From an uncultured Acidobacteriota bacterium (lineage in GTDB: Bacteria > Acidobacteriota > Thermoanaerobaculia > Multivoradales > JBCCEF01), in NCBI GenBank assembly GCA_963730155.1, contig CAVSQV010000002.1:960944-1024943 (forward strand): a stretch of DNA of 64,000 bases. Reading direction: 5' to 3'. Positions 16,241 to 26,716 of this stretch are shown in pieces. Both the position numbers and the translations under genes were made by a program. Below the pieces are notes generated by a model that was not told the origin of the DNA, did no database searches, and saw only the letters and a list, made by a program, of their open reading frames with translations. Each line of letters opens with the position of its first letter. Position 1 is the first letter of the stretch.

Positions 16241-17326
16241 ATGTCGGGTCCACTGGTTTCCATTGTCATTCTGTCGTGGAACCGGCCCAGGTCCACCCGC
16301 TCGACCCTTCGGGCTCTCGCCGACGTTCCGGCCGGCGTGCCGCGCGAGGTCATCGTCGTGGACAACGGCTCCAACGAACGAACAGGCGACGAGCTGACGG
16401 CGCTCCAGGGCCTGGGGCTCATCGATCGCCTCGTCCTGCTGCCCGAGAACCGGGGAACGTCTCCTGGTTACAACGTGGGCTTCCGTGCCGCAGATCTCCG
16501 CTCGAGCTTCTTCACTAAGCTCGACAGCGACGTCGAGATCCTGACGCCGGACTGGCTGAAGGAGCTGATCGGGCTGCTGGACGAGAATCCCGGCGTCGGA
16601 ATTGCCTCGACCGAAATCGTCAACCACGTTGGCATCCAGGAGCTGCCCGTCATCCGCCTGGAGACCGGGCACCAGGTGCGGGACTGGCAAGGGTGCCCGG
16701 CGGGAGGCGGCGGGATGACGTTTCGCCGCTCGCTCTACGAGGATGTCCGCGGCTTTCGGGAGAGCTACGGTGAAGGCCTGTTGCTGATGCCGGACGACCT
16801 GGAGTTCTTCTACAGGATCCGAGAGCGAAACCTGAAGGCCTACTACGCCCACGCCATCCACTCGCGGACGATCGACCACCTCGAGGAGAGCCCCGCCTCC
16901 TATCACGCCTTCAAGAAACGGCAGTACTTCCTACTGCGCACCCGCTACTTCGATCTAGCCCGCACCGGCGACACGGTCTTCGTACCCCACTTCGTTTCCG
17001 TGGAGGCTCTTCCGACCCTCATCCATCCCGGGCAATCGATCCATGTGCGCTGCTCCATCGCGGCGGCAGATCGACGCAGCATGGCCCTTGGATGCACGGT
17101 GGTCTCGGCGGAGACGAACAGCATCGCGGACTGTAGCGTGACCGCGGACATCCAGACCGCGGCGCCCCTCTCCGTGCACGAGTTGCCGCTCCGGATTCCA
17201 CCCACCTTGCTGCCCGGGCCCTACCTCGTGAAAGCGATCCTTTGGAGCGACCCCACCGCAGGGGTCGTTTCCGAACGCCTGGCGGACCTCGTGCAGATGG
17301 GCGAGATCACTCTCGAGCCTGGTTGA
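16241..17326 (+). CDS. Family 2 glycosyltransferase with a C-terminal extension of about 120 aa
   Basis: ATG at 16241 (codon 20 of track ORF 16184..17326). GT-A signature [12 protein letters not shown]...[13 protein letters not shown]...[12 protein letters not shown]...KLDSDVEI (DxD). The C-terminal third ([23 protein letters not shown]...[10 protein letters not shown]) is beta-rich and unassigned. Confidence 0.8.
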   Translation: MSGPLVSIVILSWNRPRSTRSTLRALADVPAGVPREVIVVDNGSNERTGDELTALQGLGLIDRLVLLPENRGTSPGYNVGFRAADLRSSFFTKLDSDVEILTPDWLKELIGLLDENPGVGIASTEIVNHVGIQELPVIRLETGHQVRDWQGCPAGGGGMTFRRSLYEDVRGFRESYGEGLLLMPDDLEFFYRIRERNLKAYYAHAIHSRTIDHLEESPASYHAFKKRQYFLLRTRYFDLARTGDTVFVPHFVSVEALPTLIHPGQSIHVRCSIAAADRRSMALGCTVVSAETNSIADCSVTADIQTAAPLSVHELPLRIPPTLLPGPYLVKAILWSDPTAGVVSERLADLVQMGEITLEPG

Positions 17327-17396
17327 AACCGACGAGCGGGACCCGCGCCGACTCCGGCGGCCGAGCAGATCGGCGGGGAGGACGGGCGGCATCCGA

Positions 17397-20300
17397 TCAG
17401 ACCTGCTGCCGCTCGACCATGCGGCGGAAGGTGCCCCGGCCCCCGGCCAGCTCGTCGTACGTCCCAGCCTCCACCACCCGACCCCGTTCCAGCACGTAGA
17501 TGCGGTCGGCGTTCTGGATCGTGCTCAGGCGGTGGGCGATGACGATGCGCGTCGCCTTCAGGCCCTCCAGGCTGTCGGCTGACGATCTCCTGCGTGCGGT
17601 TGTCGAGGGCGCTCGTCGCCTCGTCGAAGAGGATGATCCGCGGCCGGTGGACGATCGCGCGGGCGATCAGCAGGCGCTGCTTCTGGCCGCCGGAGAAGGT
17701 CTCCGCCGCCCTCGCTGATCACGGTGTGCATGCCCATCGGCATGGCCTTGATGTCCTCCTCCAGGCCGGCCATGCGCGCCGCCTCCCAGGCGTCGTCGAT
17801 CCCCAGGTTGCGAGCTGCCGACGATGTTGGAGAAGATGTCCCCGGCCATCGGCCGGCCGTTCTGGAGGACGACGCCGATCTGGCGGCGCACCGACTGGAG
17901 GGCGAGCGCGGCGAGGTCCTGGCCGTCGAAGTAGATCGAGCCCGGCGGTCGGCTTCTCGAAGCCGAGGATCAGCCGCAGGCAGGTCGACTTGCCGGCGCC
18001 CGAGGGCCCGACCAGGGCGATGAACTCCCCGGGCCGGGCCCGGAACGAGACGTCGTCGAGGATCAGCGGCCCGTCCTCCTGGTAGCGGAAGGAGACGTGG
18101 CTGAACTCGATCTCGCCGGCCAGCTCGCCGGCCTCGGCCTTGGATCGGATCGACCTCCGGGGACTGCCTCGAGGATCGGCTGCAGGCGCTCGTAGACCGG
18201 CACCATGGCCAGCACGCTGGAGAAGATCGCCGATCATCGTCAGCGCCGCCGCCAGGAACTGGCCGAAGGCGGCGTTGAAGGCCAGGAACTCGCCGATCGA
18301 CAGGCGATCTCCTCCGGCGGAGAAGCCGACCATCGGCGAAGATGGCCAGCGAGGTGAGCACGCCGTAGACGGCGTTGAACGCGGCCTGGACGTTGGCGAC
18401 CCGCTGCGCCGCGACGGCCTGCTCGCCGCTGCTCGGCGAAGCGCTCGGCCCAGCGGCGCGAAGGCGCGCGTGCTCGGCGCCGCCGACCCGGAGCTTGGCG
18501 ATGCCGTGGATCAGGCCGAAGAGGAGGCTCGCGATCTTGCCCTGCGAGGCTCGAGGAAGCGGCGCTGGTGGCGGAGCTGGAGGTAGGCGCAGGCCGGTGG
18601 TCACCGCCACCAGCAGCGGCCACCAGGCCGGTCGCCACCAGGGCCAGCCGCCAGCTGTAGTAGAAGAGCAGCGCCGAAGCTGAAGACGGAGAAGACCGCC
18701 GCCAGGACCGAGGTCAGGACGTTGCCCGGTCAGCAGCTCGCGGATGGTGTCGATGCCCAGCGAGCGGTTCGCCAGGTCGCCCACGGTGAAGCGGCGGAAG
18801 AAGGACACCGGCAGCGACAGCAGCCGGTCCCAGACGGCGGCCTGGAGCGAGCCGTCCATCTTGCCGCCGAGGCGCAGCACCGCGATGCTGCGGGTCACCT
18901 GGAAGACCGGCGCGGCGAGCGCGGCGAGCGATCAGGGCCAGGGTGATCTGGACGAGGCGGGCGCGGTCGGCCGCCGGGATGACGTTGCCGAAGAGCTGGC
19001 CGGTCAGGATCGGCACCAGCAGCCCGAGCAGGCCGCCGCCGAGCCCCATCAGCAGGATGGTCGCGAGGTCGCGCCGGCGGCCCGCGAAGGCGAGGCCGCA
19101 GGAGGTCCCGCAGGCGCAGCGGCCGCTCGGGCAGCGGCGGATAGAACATGTACGCCTCGCCGGCGAGGCTCTCCGCCACGGCCGGCGTCGACCGGCGTGC
19201 GGCGTCCGCTCGACCGGATCGACCAGCTCGTAGCTGCGGGGCGAGGTGGGCAGCAGGGCCACCGGCCGGCCGGCGCTTCTGCTGCGTCGTCCGCGGACCG
19301 GAAGCGCCACGAGCGGGCCGTTGTCGCGGCGCCACCAGTCGTCGCGCAGGATCACCCGCCGGTGGCGGATCCGCGACGCCGCGCAGATCCGGGCGAGCCG
19401 GTCTCCGCTGGCGGCAGCTCGGCCGTCGCGTCCGGCGGGCTGCGGATGCTCGATGCCCTGGACCTCGCCGACCAGCCGGCAGGCGGCGAGCAGGGGGTCG
19501 GAGCCGGCGTCGAGCGGCGCGCCCGCGGCGGTCCGGGCGCCGAGCACCGAGGCCAGCCGGGCGTAGCGCCGTCTCCAGGGTCGGGCGGTCGAGGTCGGTC
19601 TTGCGGCCGAGCCGCTCCCGCTCGTCGCTGCGCGTCCTCCTCGCGCAGCCGGTGCGACGTAGGCGAGCAGCAGGCGGTGGAAGCGGTCGAGCCCCTCCCA
19701 GAGCGCCGCCGCTCCGTAGCAGGCGCTCGCGGTCGACGCACGAGAGGGATCCGCACCTCGCCGTCGCTGACCAGCCAGGTCTCGTCGGGGACCGGCAGGA
19801 GGAAGTCCTCGGGCGGCGAGGGCCAGGTCGTCGCCGGCCGAGGAAGCGGAGCGACCCGTCCAGGTGGCGCACCCAGACGACGCCGTCGGGCGGTGCGCAG
19901 CGCGCCGTCCCCACCTCGGCCAGGCGCACCTCGGCGCCGGGCCGCAGCTCCTGGAAGACCTTCGGCGGCCGGCCGCGGACGACCTCGCCGGTCAGCCGCC
20001 GCACCCAGCCGTCGAGCCAGCGGGTCAGCGCCGGCGGCGAGCTCCGTCCGGCGCGCCAGCTCGCGGAGGGCGGCGGCGGGCAGCCGGAGCAGCCGGGTGC
20101 CGGGGTGGCCCACCGCCAGGAGGGCGCTCCGGGGCTCGCGCGCGTCGCCGACGCGCCGCTCGACGGCCTGGAACGGCGGAGCTGCCGGCCGAGGTCGAGG
20201 CTCGCCACGAGCTCGCCGCCGTCGAGGGTGGCGAGATGCTGCGGACGCCGTCGCCCGCGCCGGCGCCGCTCCCGCCGCGCGGCGGCGCACGGCGAAGAGC

Positions 20301-20439
20301 TCGACCCGCCCGGTGCGCACCAGCCAGGCCGCTCGCGCCGGCGCCGAGCCGCAGCGGCGGGTTGCCGCCGGCCTCGATCTCCTCGCGCCGTCGGCTCGGC
20401 GAGGCAGGCGGTCAGGTCCAGGTCGGCCGGGGTGCTCAT
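17397..20439 (-). pseudogene. NHLM/NHLP-type bacteriocin export ABC transporter, permease/ATPase subunit with long N-terminal regulatory-like domain; heavily frame-disrupted
   Basis: ATG at 20439, TGA at 17397-17399. Real sequence is spread over all three frames. Recognisable pieces: [180 protein letters not shown] (Walker A), [14 protein letters not shown] (signature), [11 protein letters not shown] (Walker B), [30 protein letters not shown]. Four frame changes traced in the last 520 nt alone. Confidence 0.8.
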
Positions 20440-20446
20440 CGGTCGC

Positions 20447-22699
20447 TCACTCGGCTGCGATCAGCCGGGCGTAGGGGCCTTCCGCACGCGCCTTGAGCTC
20501 GTCGTGGGTCCCGCGCTGCGACGACCTTGCCGCGCTCGAGGACGATGATCTCGTCGGCGTCGCGGATGGTGCTCAGGCGGTGGGCGATGATCAGGCAGGT
20601 GCAGCCGCGCCGCCGCAGGCTCTCGTCGATCCGCTTCTCGGTCGTCGGGATCGAGCGCGCTGGTCGCCTCGTCGAGCACCAGGAGCGTCGGCCGGCCGAC
20701 CAGCGCGCGGGCGATCTCCAGCCGCTGGCGCTGGCCGCCGCTCAAGTTGGCGCCGCCCTCCTCGACCGGGCTGTCGTAGCCGCCGGGCCGGGCCGCGATG
20801 TCGTCGTGGATGCAGGCGTCCTTGGCCGCGGCCACCACCTCCGGGCAGCGGCACCGTCGCGTCCCACAGCGTCAGGTTCTCGCGCACCGTCCCCTCGAAC
20901 AGGAAGACGTTCTGGTCGACCACGGCCAGCGAGTTGGTCGAGCACGCCGCGGCGGGATCTCGGCGCGGCTGCCGGCCGTCGAACAGGATCTCGCCGCTCC
21001 CACGGCTGGTAGAGCCCGGTGACCAGCCGGGCGACCGTCGACTTGCCGCTCCCCGAGCCGCCGACCAGGGCGACGCGGGCGCCGGGCTCGAGCCGCGAGG
21101 TCGAGGCCCTCGATCAGCGGCGGGTCGAGCCGGCTGTAGCCGAAGGTGACGCCGCGCAGCTCCAGCCGGCCGGCGAGCTTGACCGGCAGCTCCGCGGGCG
21201 GCTCCTCCGGCGCCGCCCCCGGTCGGCCGCGGTCGCGCGGTCGACCTGGTAGCGCAGCACGTCGTCGAGCCGGTTCATGTCCCCCTCGACCACCTGGAGC
21301 CGGCCGCCGAGGCTGACCAGCCGGTTGACCGGCGCGATGAAGCTGCGCCATCAGGACCTGGAAGGCCACCAGCCCGCCGAGCGTCAGGTCGCCGTCCATC
21401 ACCCGCAGGCCGCCGAGGCCCAGGATCAGCGCGGTGTTGACCGCCGGCGAGCAGCGGCGGCACGGCGTCGAGCATCTGGGTGTAGCGCTCCAGCTCCTGC
21501 CGGCGCGTTGACCACCTTGGCCTGGTAGCCGGCCCAGCGGGCGAAGAGGTCCGCCTCGCCGCCGGTCGCCTTCAGGGTCTCGATGATCTGCAGGCCGCCG
21601 ATCGCCGTGCCCATGGAGCTTGCCCTGGTCCTGGAGCAGGCGGCGGTTGCCGTCGACCCGCTTGCGCGAGACCCAGCGCAGGGCCGCGACGTTGAGCGAG
21701 ACGACGCCGATGCCCGACCAGGGTCAGCAGCGGGTCGTACTGGACCATCAGGACGGCGAAGAAGACGATCATCAGCGCGCCCAGGGCGTTGGTCGCGAGG
21801 TCGCGCGACGAGGAGCTGGGCCACGCGGTCGTTGATCGCCGACCCGCGAGCTGATGTCGCCGGCGAAGCGCTGGGTGAAGAACTCGATCGGCAGGCGCAG
21901 CACGTGCCAGAGGAAGCGGCTCGAGCCGGCCACCGCCAGCCGGGTCTCCAGGCGCAGCAGGTAGGCCTGCTGCAGCCAGGTCAGGAGCGCCGGTCAGCGA
22001 GCGCGGCGAGCGCCCATGCCGAGGAGCAGCGGCGGCAGCCAGTCGCGGCGGCCCTCGAGCAGGACGCTCGTCGACGAAGACCTTGGAGAAGACCGGCGAC
22101 GACCAGCCCCGGGACGACCAGGGCCAGGCCGGCGAGGCAGCACGAAGGCGAGCGCCGCCGCCGGCGCCGGCGAGCCGGCGGCGCGAGCGCCGGGAGCAGG
22201 CTGCGGCGGCGCGCCGCCGCGTCTCGAACTCCGGACCCGGCTCGAAGGTCAGCACCACGCCGGTGAAGCGCCTGGTCGAGCTCCTCCTCGCGTCACCGCG
22301 CGCGGCCCGGCGGCCGGGTCGTTCAGGTGGACGCCGCCCCTTGCGGAAGCCCTCGAGGACCACGAAGTGGTTGAAGTTCCAGTGCAGGATCATCGGCGGC
22401 TGCGAGCGTCGCGCAGGGCCTGCCGGCTCCTTCTTGAACCCCTTGGCCTCCAGGCCGTAGCGGCGCGCCGCCTTGACCATGTTGCTCGGCCTTGCTGCCG
22501 TCGCGCGAGACGCCGCAGGCGATGCGCAGCTCCTCGAGCGGCACCCAGCGGCCGTAGTGGGCGAGGACGATGGCGAGGGCCGCCGCGCCGCACTCGACCG
22601 CCTCCATCTGGAGGACGGTCGGGCGTGCGCACCGGCCGCGGCGAGCGCGGTCGCCGCCGCCGCGGCCGAGCCAGCGGGCGAGGAGCGCCGGAGCTTCAT
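20447..22699 (-). pseudogene. NHLM/NHLP-type bacteriocin export ABC transporter with N-terminal C39 peptidase domain (PCAT); heavily frame-disrupted
   Basis: ATG at 22699 overlaps the HlyD stop (ATGA). TGA at 20447-20449, 7 nt before the next gene. C39 domain: [88 protein letters not shown] part: [32 protein letters not shown], and in another frame [24 protein letters not shown]...[18 protein letters not shown]. Many frame changes. Confidence 0.8.
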
Positions 22700-23967
22700 C
22701 CCAGCCGGACCCCAGCTTCTCGCGCAGCCAGGGCATGAGCAGGCGGATCGGACGCTCCTGCGCGGACGACGACGTCGCCGCCGGCCAGGGTGCCGCTGCT
22801 GATCTCGACGTCGGGGCCGCGTCGAGGAGGACCAGCGGAAGCCGGTCGGCGTCGACGGGTCGCGCGCCAGGGCGACGTTGACCTGGATCGGCGGTCCCTC
22901 CTCCATCAGCCGCGTGACCAGCGCCTCGTTGCCGAGGAGGCGCAGTCATGCCGCGCGCGGTCGAGGGGTACTCGGCGACCCAGGTGACCGTGCCGAGCAT
23001 CGAGCCGTACTCCTCGCGCTTGACGGTCGAGGGCGAGATCCGCACCTCCATGCCGGGCTGGACCTGCTTGCCCGGCCGGCGGGCACGAAGAGCACCGCCA
23101 TCAGCTCCTCGGAGATCACCTCCAGGTTGAGGATCGGCGTGCCGGGGTTGACCACGTCGCCGCGGTCCGACCAGCAGCTCGAGCACGCGGCCGGCGTGCG
23201 GCGACGTCACGCGCACGCTCTCCTCGAGGCGCGCCTGGCAGCTCGCGCAGCTCGAGCTCGAGGTCGCGGATCTCGGCCGCGCCGCGTCTCGAGCTGCTGG
23301 TCGACCTGCTGCTCGGCCTCCAGCCGCTCGAGCTCGAGGCCGTTGAGCTCCAGCCGCCGGGCGCGCGAGCTGGTCCTGGGCGGTGTTGAGGCTCCTGCTC
23401 GGTGGCGAGCAGGGTCTGCTTGGTGATCAGACCGTCCTGGAGGAGGTCGCGCTCGGCCGCGACCCGCTCGCGCGCCAGCAGTGCGATCTGGCGGCTCGAG
23501 GGCGACGATGCTCTGCTCCAGGTTGGCCCGCTGCTGGGCGAGGTCGCCGGCCGCGCAGGCGCCGCTGCTCGCCGGCGTAGCGCAGCAGGTCCGCGGTACT
23601 CCGCCTGCAGCCGGCGAGCCTGCTGCGCTCGGCTGTCCTCGATCTGCCGCAGCAGCTCCTCCTGGCGGATGCGCGCCACCACCTGCCCCTTCTCGATGAC
23701 GTCGCCGACCGCCACCAGCAGCTCCTCGACCTGGCCCGGTGCTCGGCGGCCACCAGCTCGACGACGCCGCCCTGGCGCAGCAGGATCCCCTCGCCCCGCG
23801 CCTCGGTGGGGATCGAGCCGAAGACGCCCCAGGCGAGCGACCCGGCGAGGAGCACGCCCCAGCGCCCCGAGGGCGAGCCAGCCGCGTCGGGTCGGTGACC
23901 TGCAGGAGCTGGTCGAGCTGCTCCGGCGAGGAGAGCCGCTCGAGCGGCCACCTTGCGGAAGAGTCAT
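22696..23967 (-). pseudogene. HlyD-family membrane fusion protein of the NHLM bacteriocin secretion type; frame-disrupted
   Basis: ATG at 23967 overlaps the TolC stop. Pieces across frames: [251 protein letters not shown]. Confidence 0.75.
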
Positions 23968-25512
23968 GGCTCGCCTCCTGGAGGTGGGAGGGTGGTCAGG
24001 TCGGCCGCCGCGATCGTCCCCGACTCGCCGGCGCCGCCGATCAGGGTGCCGGTCTCGAAGCGCAGCTCGGCGAGGGCGAGCGCCAGCGCGAGCTGCGCCG
24101 AGACCCGGTTGCGCCGGGCGGCGGTCAGGCGGTCGCGCTGGCGAGATCACGTCGATCAGCGTCGAGCGTGCCGGCCCGCAGCTTCTTCTCCTCGTTCTCG
24201 ACCGCCCGCTCGAACAGGCCGACCGCGGCGACCGCCCGCTCGAGATGCTGGGCCGACCGCGCCACCGCGTCGAGCGCGACCGGCACGTCGGCGCCGATCT
24301 GCCTTGGCGGTCCGCTCGACCGCGAGCGCGCTCTGCCGGACGCCGGCCTCGGACTGGATCAGCGCGCCCCGGCCTCGCGGTTCGCGTCGGCCAGGAGAAG
24401 CTGAAACCGAGCTGCCCGGAGACGCCCGGGCACGTTGCGGAAGAGCGGCGTGAAGAAGTCGCCGGCGCCGCCGCCCTCGACCAGGCCGGAGTAGCTGGGG
24501 GTGAAGCACCAGGTCGAGCTCGGGGCAGGAGGGCGTTTCGGCGGCGCGCGAGAAGGATCTCCGACGCCGCCAGGCGCTCGCGGGCCGCCGCGAGGTCGGC
24601 GCGCAGCGCCAGGGCCCGGGGCCGTACTCCTCGGCCCGCGCGTGCGGCACCGCCGCGGCGTCGAGCTCGGGGAAGGACGCCGTAGGGAGCGGCAGGGCGC
24701 GCGACGCTGCCGGGCTCCAGCCCGATCTCCCGCCCGAGGTCCTGGCGCGCCTCGAAGAGAGCCTGCTCGCCGCCGATCCGGGCCGCCTCCTTGGCGACCA
24801 GGTTGGCCTCGACCTGGACGAGCTCGGCCGCCGGCGTGACGTCGGCCTCGATCAGGCGCCGGGTGGTCGCCAGGAGGTCGCGCGAGCTGGCCTCGCTGGC
24901 GCGCAGGACCTCGAGGTCCTCGGCCGCCGCGCGCACCGTCCAGTACTGGAAGATCACCGCCCGCAGCCGGAGCGCGACGGTCTGGCGGAGGTCGAGGCCG
25001 CTCGCCGCCATCTCGCGCTCGGCGGCGCGCTCGCCGGCGGCCACCGCCGCGCGCCCGCGCCCGCGCAGGAGCGGCTGGCGGAACGTGAACCCGACGCTGG
25101 CGCTGTTGATCGCCGGCGCGTCCTCCTCGGTGCGGTCGAGCAGCACCTCGGGGCTCACCAGCAGGCCGTTGCGGAACAGCGCATCGACGCCGGCCGTGCC
25201 GCTCACCACCGTGGATTCGCTCGCCTCGCCGTCGGCCCCGGGGAGGTCGACCTCGCGCACCCCCAGGCTGCTGGTGACCAGCGGGTCGAAGAGGCCCGAG
25301 GCGAACAGCAGCGAGCCGCGAGAGGCGTCGAGCCGGCTCTCGGCGAGCGCGATGTCGGGATCGTGGGCCAGCGCCAGCTCGACCGCCGCGAGCAGGTCGA
25401 GGCCTCCGGCGGGCGCGCCCGGGGGCGGCGCCGCGAGAGCCGCGGCCGGAATCAGCAGCAGGGCCAGCGCCGTGGCCCTCTGGCGAAGACCCTTCCTCGC
25501 TTTCACGAGCAT
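23964..25512 (-). pseudogene. TolC-like outer membrane efflux protein; N-terminal ~270 aa in one frame, C-terminal half frame-disrupted
   Basis: Signal peptide MLVKARKGLRQRATALALLLIPAAALAAPP. OEP repeats: LLAAVELALAHDPDIALAESRLDASRGSL..., RAAEREMAASGLDLRQTVALRLRAVIFQYW. After about 24700 the frame changes repeatedly. Later pieces: LRADLAAARERLAASEILLARRRNALLPELDL, FTPLFRNVPG, GALIQSEAGVRQSALAVER, TLIDVI, AELRFETGTLIGGAGESGTIAAADLTTLPPPGGEP-stop. Confidence 0.7.
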
Positions 25513-25528
25513 TGGCTAAGCTACATCC

Positions 25529-26716
25529 GTGCAACGCTCGTTGCAAGCCGCCCTGCGCGCCGCCGGCGTGGCCGAGGCCGACCTGGCCGAGCTCGCCGGC
25601 TACACCGCGCGCCGCTTCGAGCCGGCCGCCGGCGCTGCGGTCCGGGTGCCCCTGCCCGACGAACCGCTCGCCGCGGCCTGGCGCGCGTGGGCGGAGGAGG
25701 CGCGCGGCGAGGGCGCCGCCGCCGTGCTGCGCCGGGCCCTGGTGCCGCTCTCGTTCCCGGTCCGCGCCGGGATCAGCGCCACGCCGGACTACCTCGCCGC
25801 CACCCGGCAGGGGGTCGCGCCCGAGCGCCTCGCCGGTGCCACGGGCCTGCGCCTCGAGCGGCCGGAGGCGGTCGATCTCGAGCTCCACCCCAGCATCGCC
25901 GGCCGGGTCCCGGTCCTGACGGTGCGCCATCGCGTCGATTTCGTGACCCTGGTGCAGGCCCTGACCCGCCGCAACGAGCCGGTGCCGGTGCCCGATGCGC
26001 AGGGCGCGTCGATGGTCGCGGGCCTGACCAACTGGGAGCGGGTGCGCGCCCTGCGCCGGGAGTGGGAGGCGCGGCCGCGCGGCGCGGGTGACTCGCCGAC
26101 GTGGGAGGAGGCGTTCGAGCGCCTCCGCGAGCGCAAGGAGTTGTACCAGGACCGGCTGATCCTGCTCAGCGACGGCCCATACAGCGGCGTGCCGGCGGCC
26201 GAGCTGGGGCTCGCCGAGGACGACTGGCGGCGGCTGTCGCTGGTGCTCCGCCGCGAGCACGAGTGCACCCACTACTTCACCCGCCGCGCCTACGGCTCGA
26301 TGCAGAACCACCTGCTCGACGAGCTGCTCGCCGACTACGCCGGGATCGCCGCCGCCGCCGGGTCGTTCCGCGCCGATTGGCTGCTGCGCTTCCTCGGGCT
26401 CGCCGGCCCGGGCGAAACGCGGAGCCGGCGCTTCGACATCTACCGCGGCACCCCGCCGCTGGCCGACGGCGCCTTCCGCGCCCTCGAGCGGGTGGCCGCG
26501 TGGGCGGCGGCGAACCTCGAGGCGTGCGAGCGCGCCATTTGGCCGGCGGGGCCGCCGGGCGCCGCCGAGCGGGCGGCGATGGTCCAGGCGGCGGCTGTCC
26601 TGGGCCTCGACGAGTTGGCAGCGCCCGGCGGCGCGGAGCGCCTCGAGCGGGCGTGCGCGGCGATTCGGCCGCCCTCTGTTACTCGGGGAAGGCCCGGCCG
26701 GCGAGACGGTTCTTGA
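25529..26716 (+). CDS. Conserved-looking hypothetical protein containing an HECTH (HExxH) motif
   Basis: Intact 395-aa ORF (GTG start, only 16 nt from the divergent TolC start). Normal composition, e.g. LTVRHRVDFVTLVQALTRRNEPVPVPDAQGASMVAGLTNWERV, LYQDRLILLSDGPYSG, LVLRREHECTHYFTRRAYGSMQNHLLDELLADYAGI. No family recognised. Confidence 0.55.
   Translation: MQRSLQAALRAAGVAEADLAELAGYTARRFEPAAGAAVRVPLPDEPLAAAWRAWAEEARGEGAAAVLRRALVPLSFPVRAGISATPDYLAATRQGVAPERLAGATGLRLERPEAVDLELHPSIAGRVPVLTVRHRVDFVTLVQALTRRNEPVPVPDAQGASMVAGLTNWERVRALRREWEARPRGAGDSPTWEEAFERLRERKELYQDRLILLSDGPYSGVPAAELGLAEDDWRRLSLVLRREHECTHYFTRRAYGSMQNHLLDELLADYAGIAAAAGSFRADWLLRFLGLAGPGETRSRRFDIYRGTPPLADGAFRALERVAAWAAANLEACERAIWPAGPPGAAERAAMVQAAAVLGLDELAAPGGAERLERACAAIRPPSVTRGRPGRRDGS

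Noticed and set aside
22696-22740. Apparent in-frame fusion of the HlyD C-terminus ([19 protein letters not shown]...) with the C39 domain, which would give a single HlyD-PCAT fusion protein.
   Set aside because: An ATGA stop/start overlap (GGATGAAG) is present one frame away. One extra G in the GGGG run (plus-strand CCCC at 22710-22713) restores a normal HlyD stop and the start MKLRR of the ABC gene. The fusion is most likely an indel artefact.
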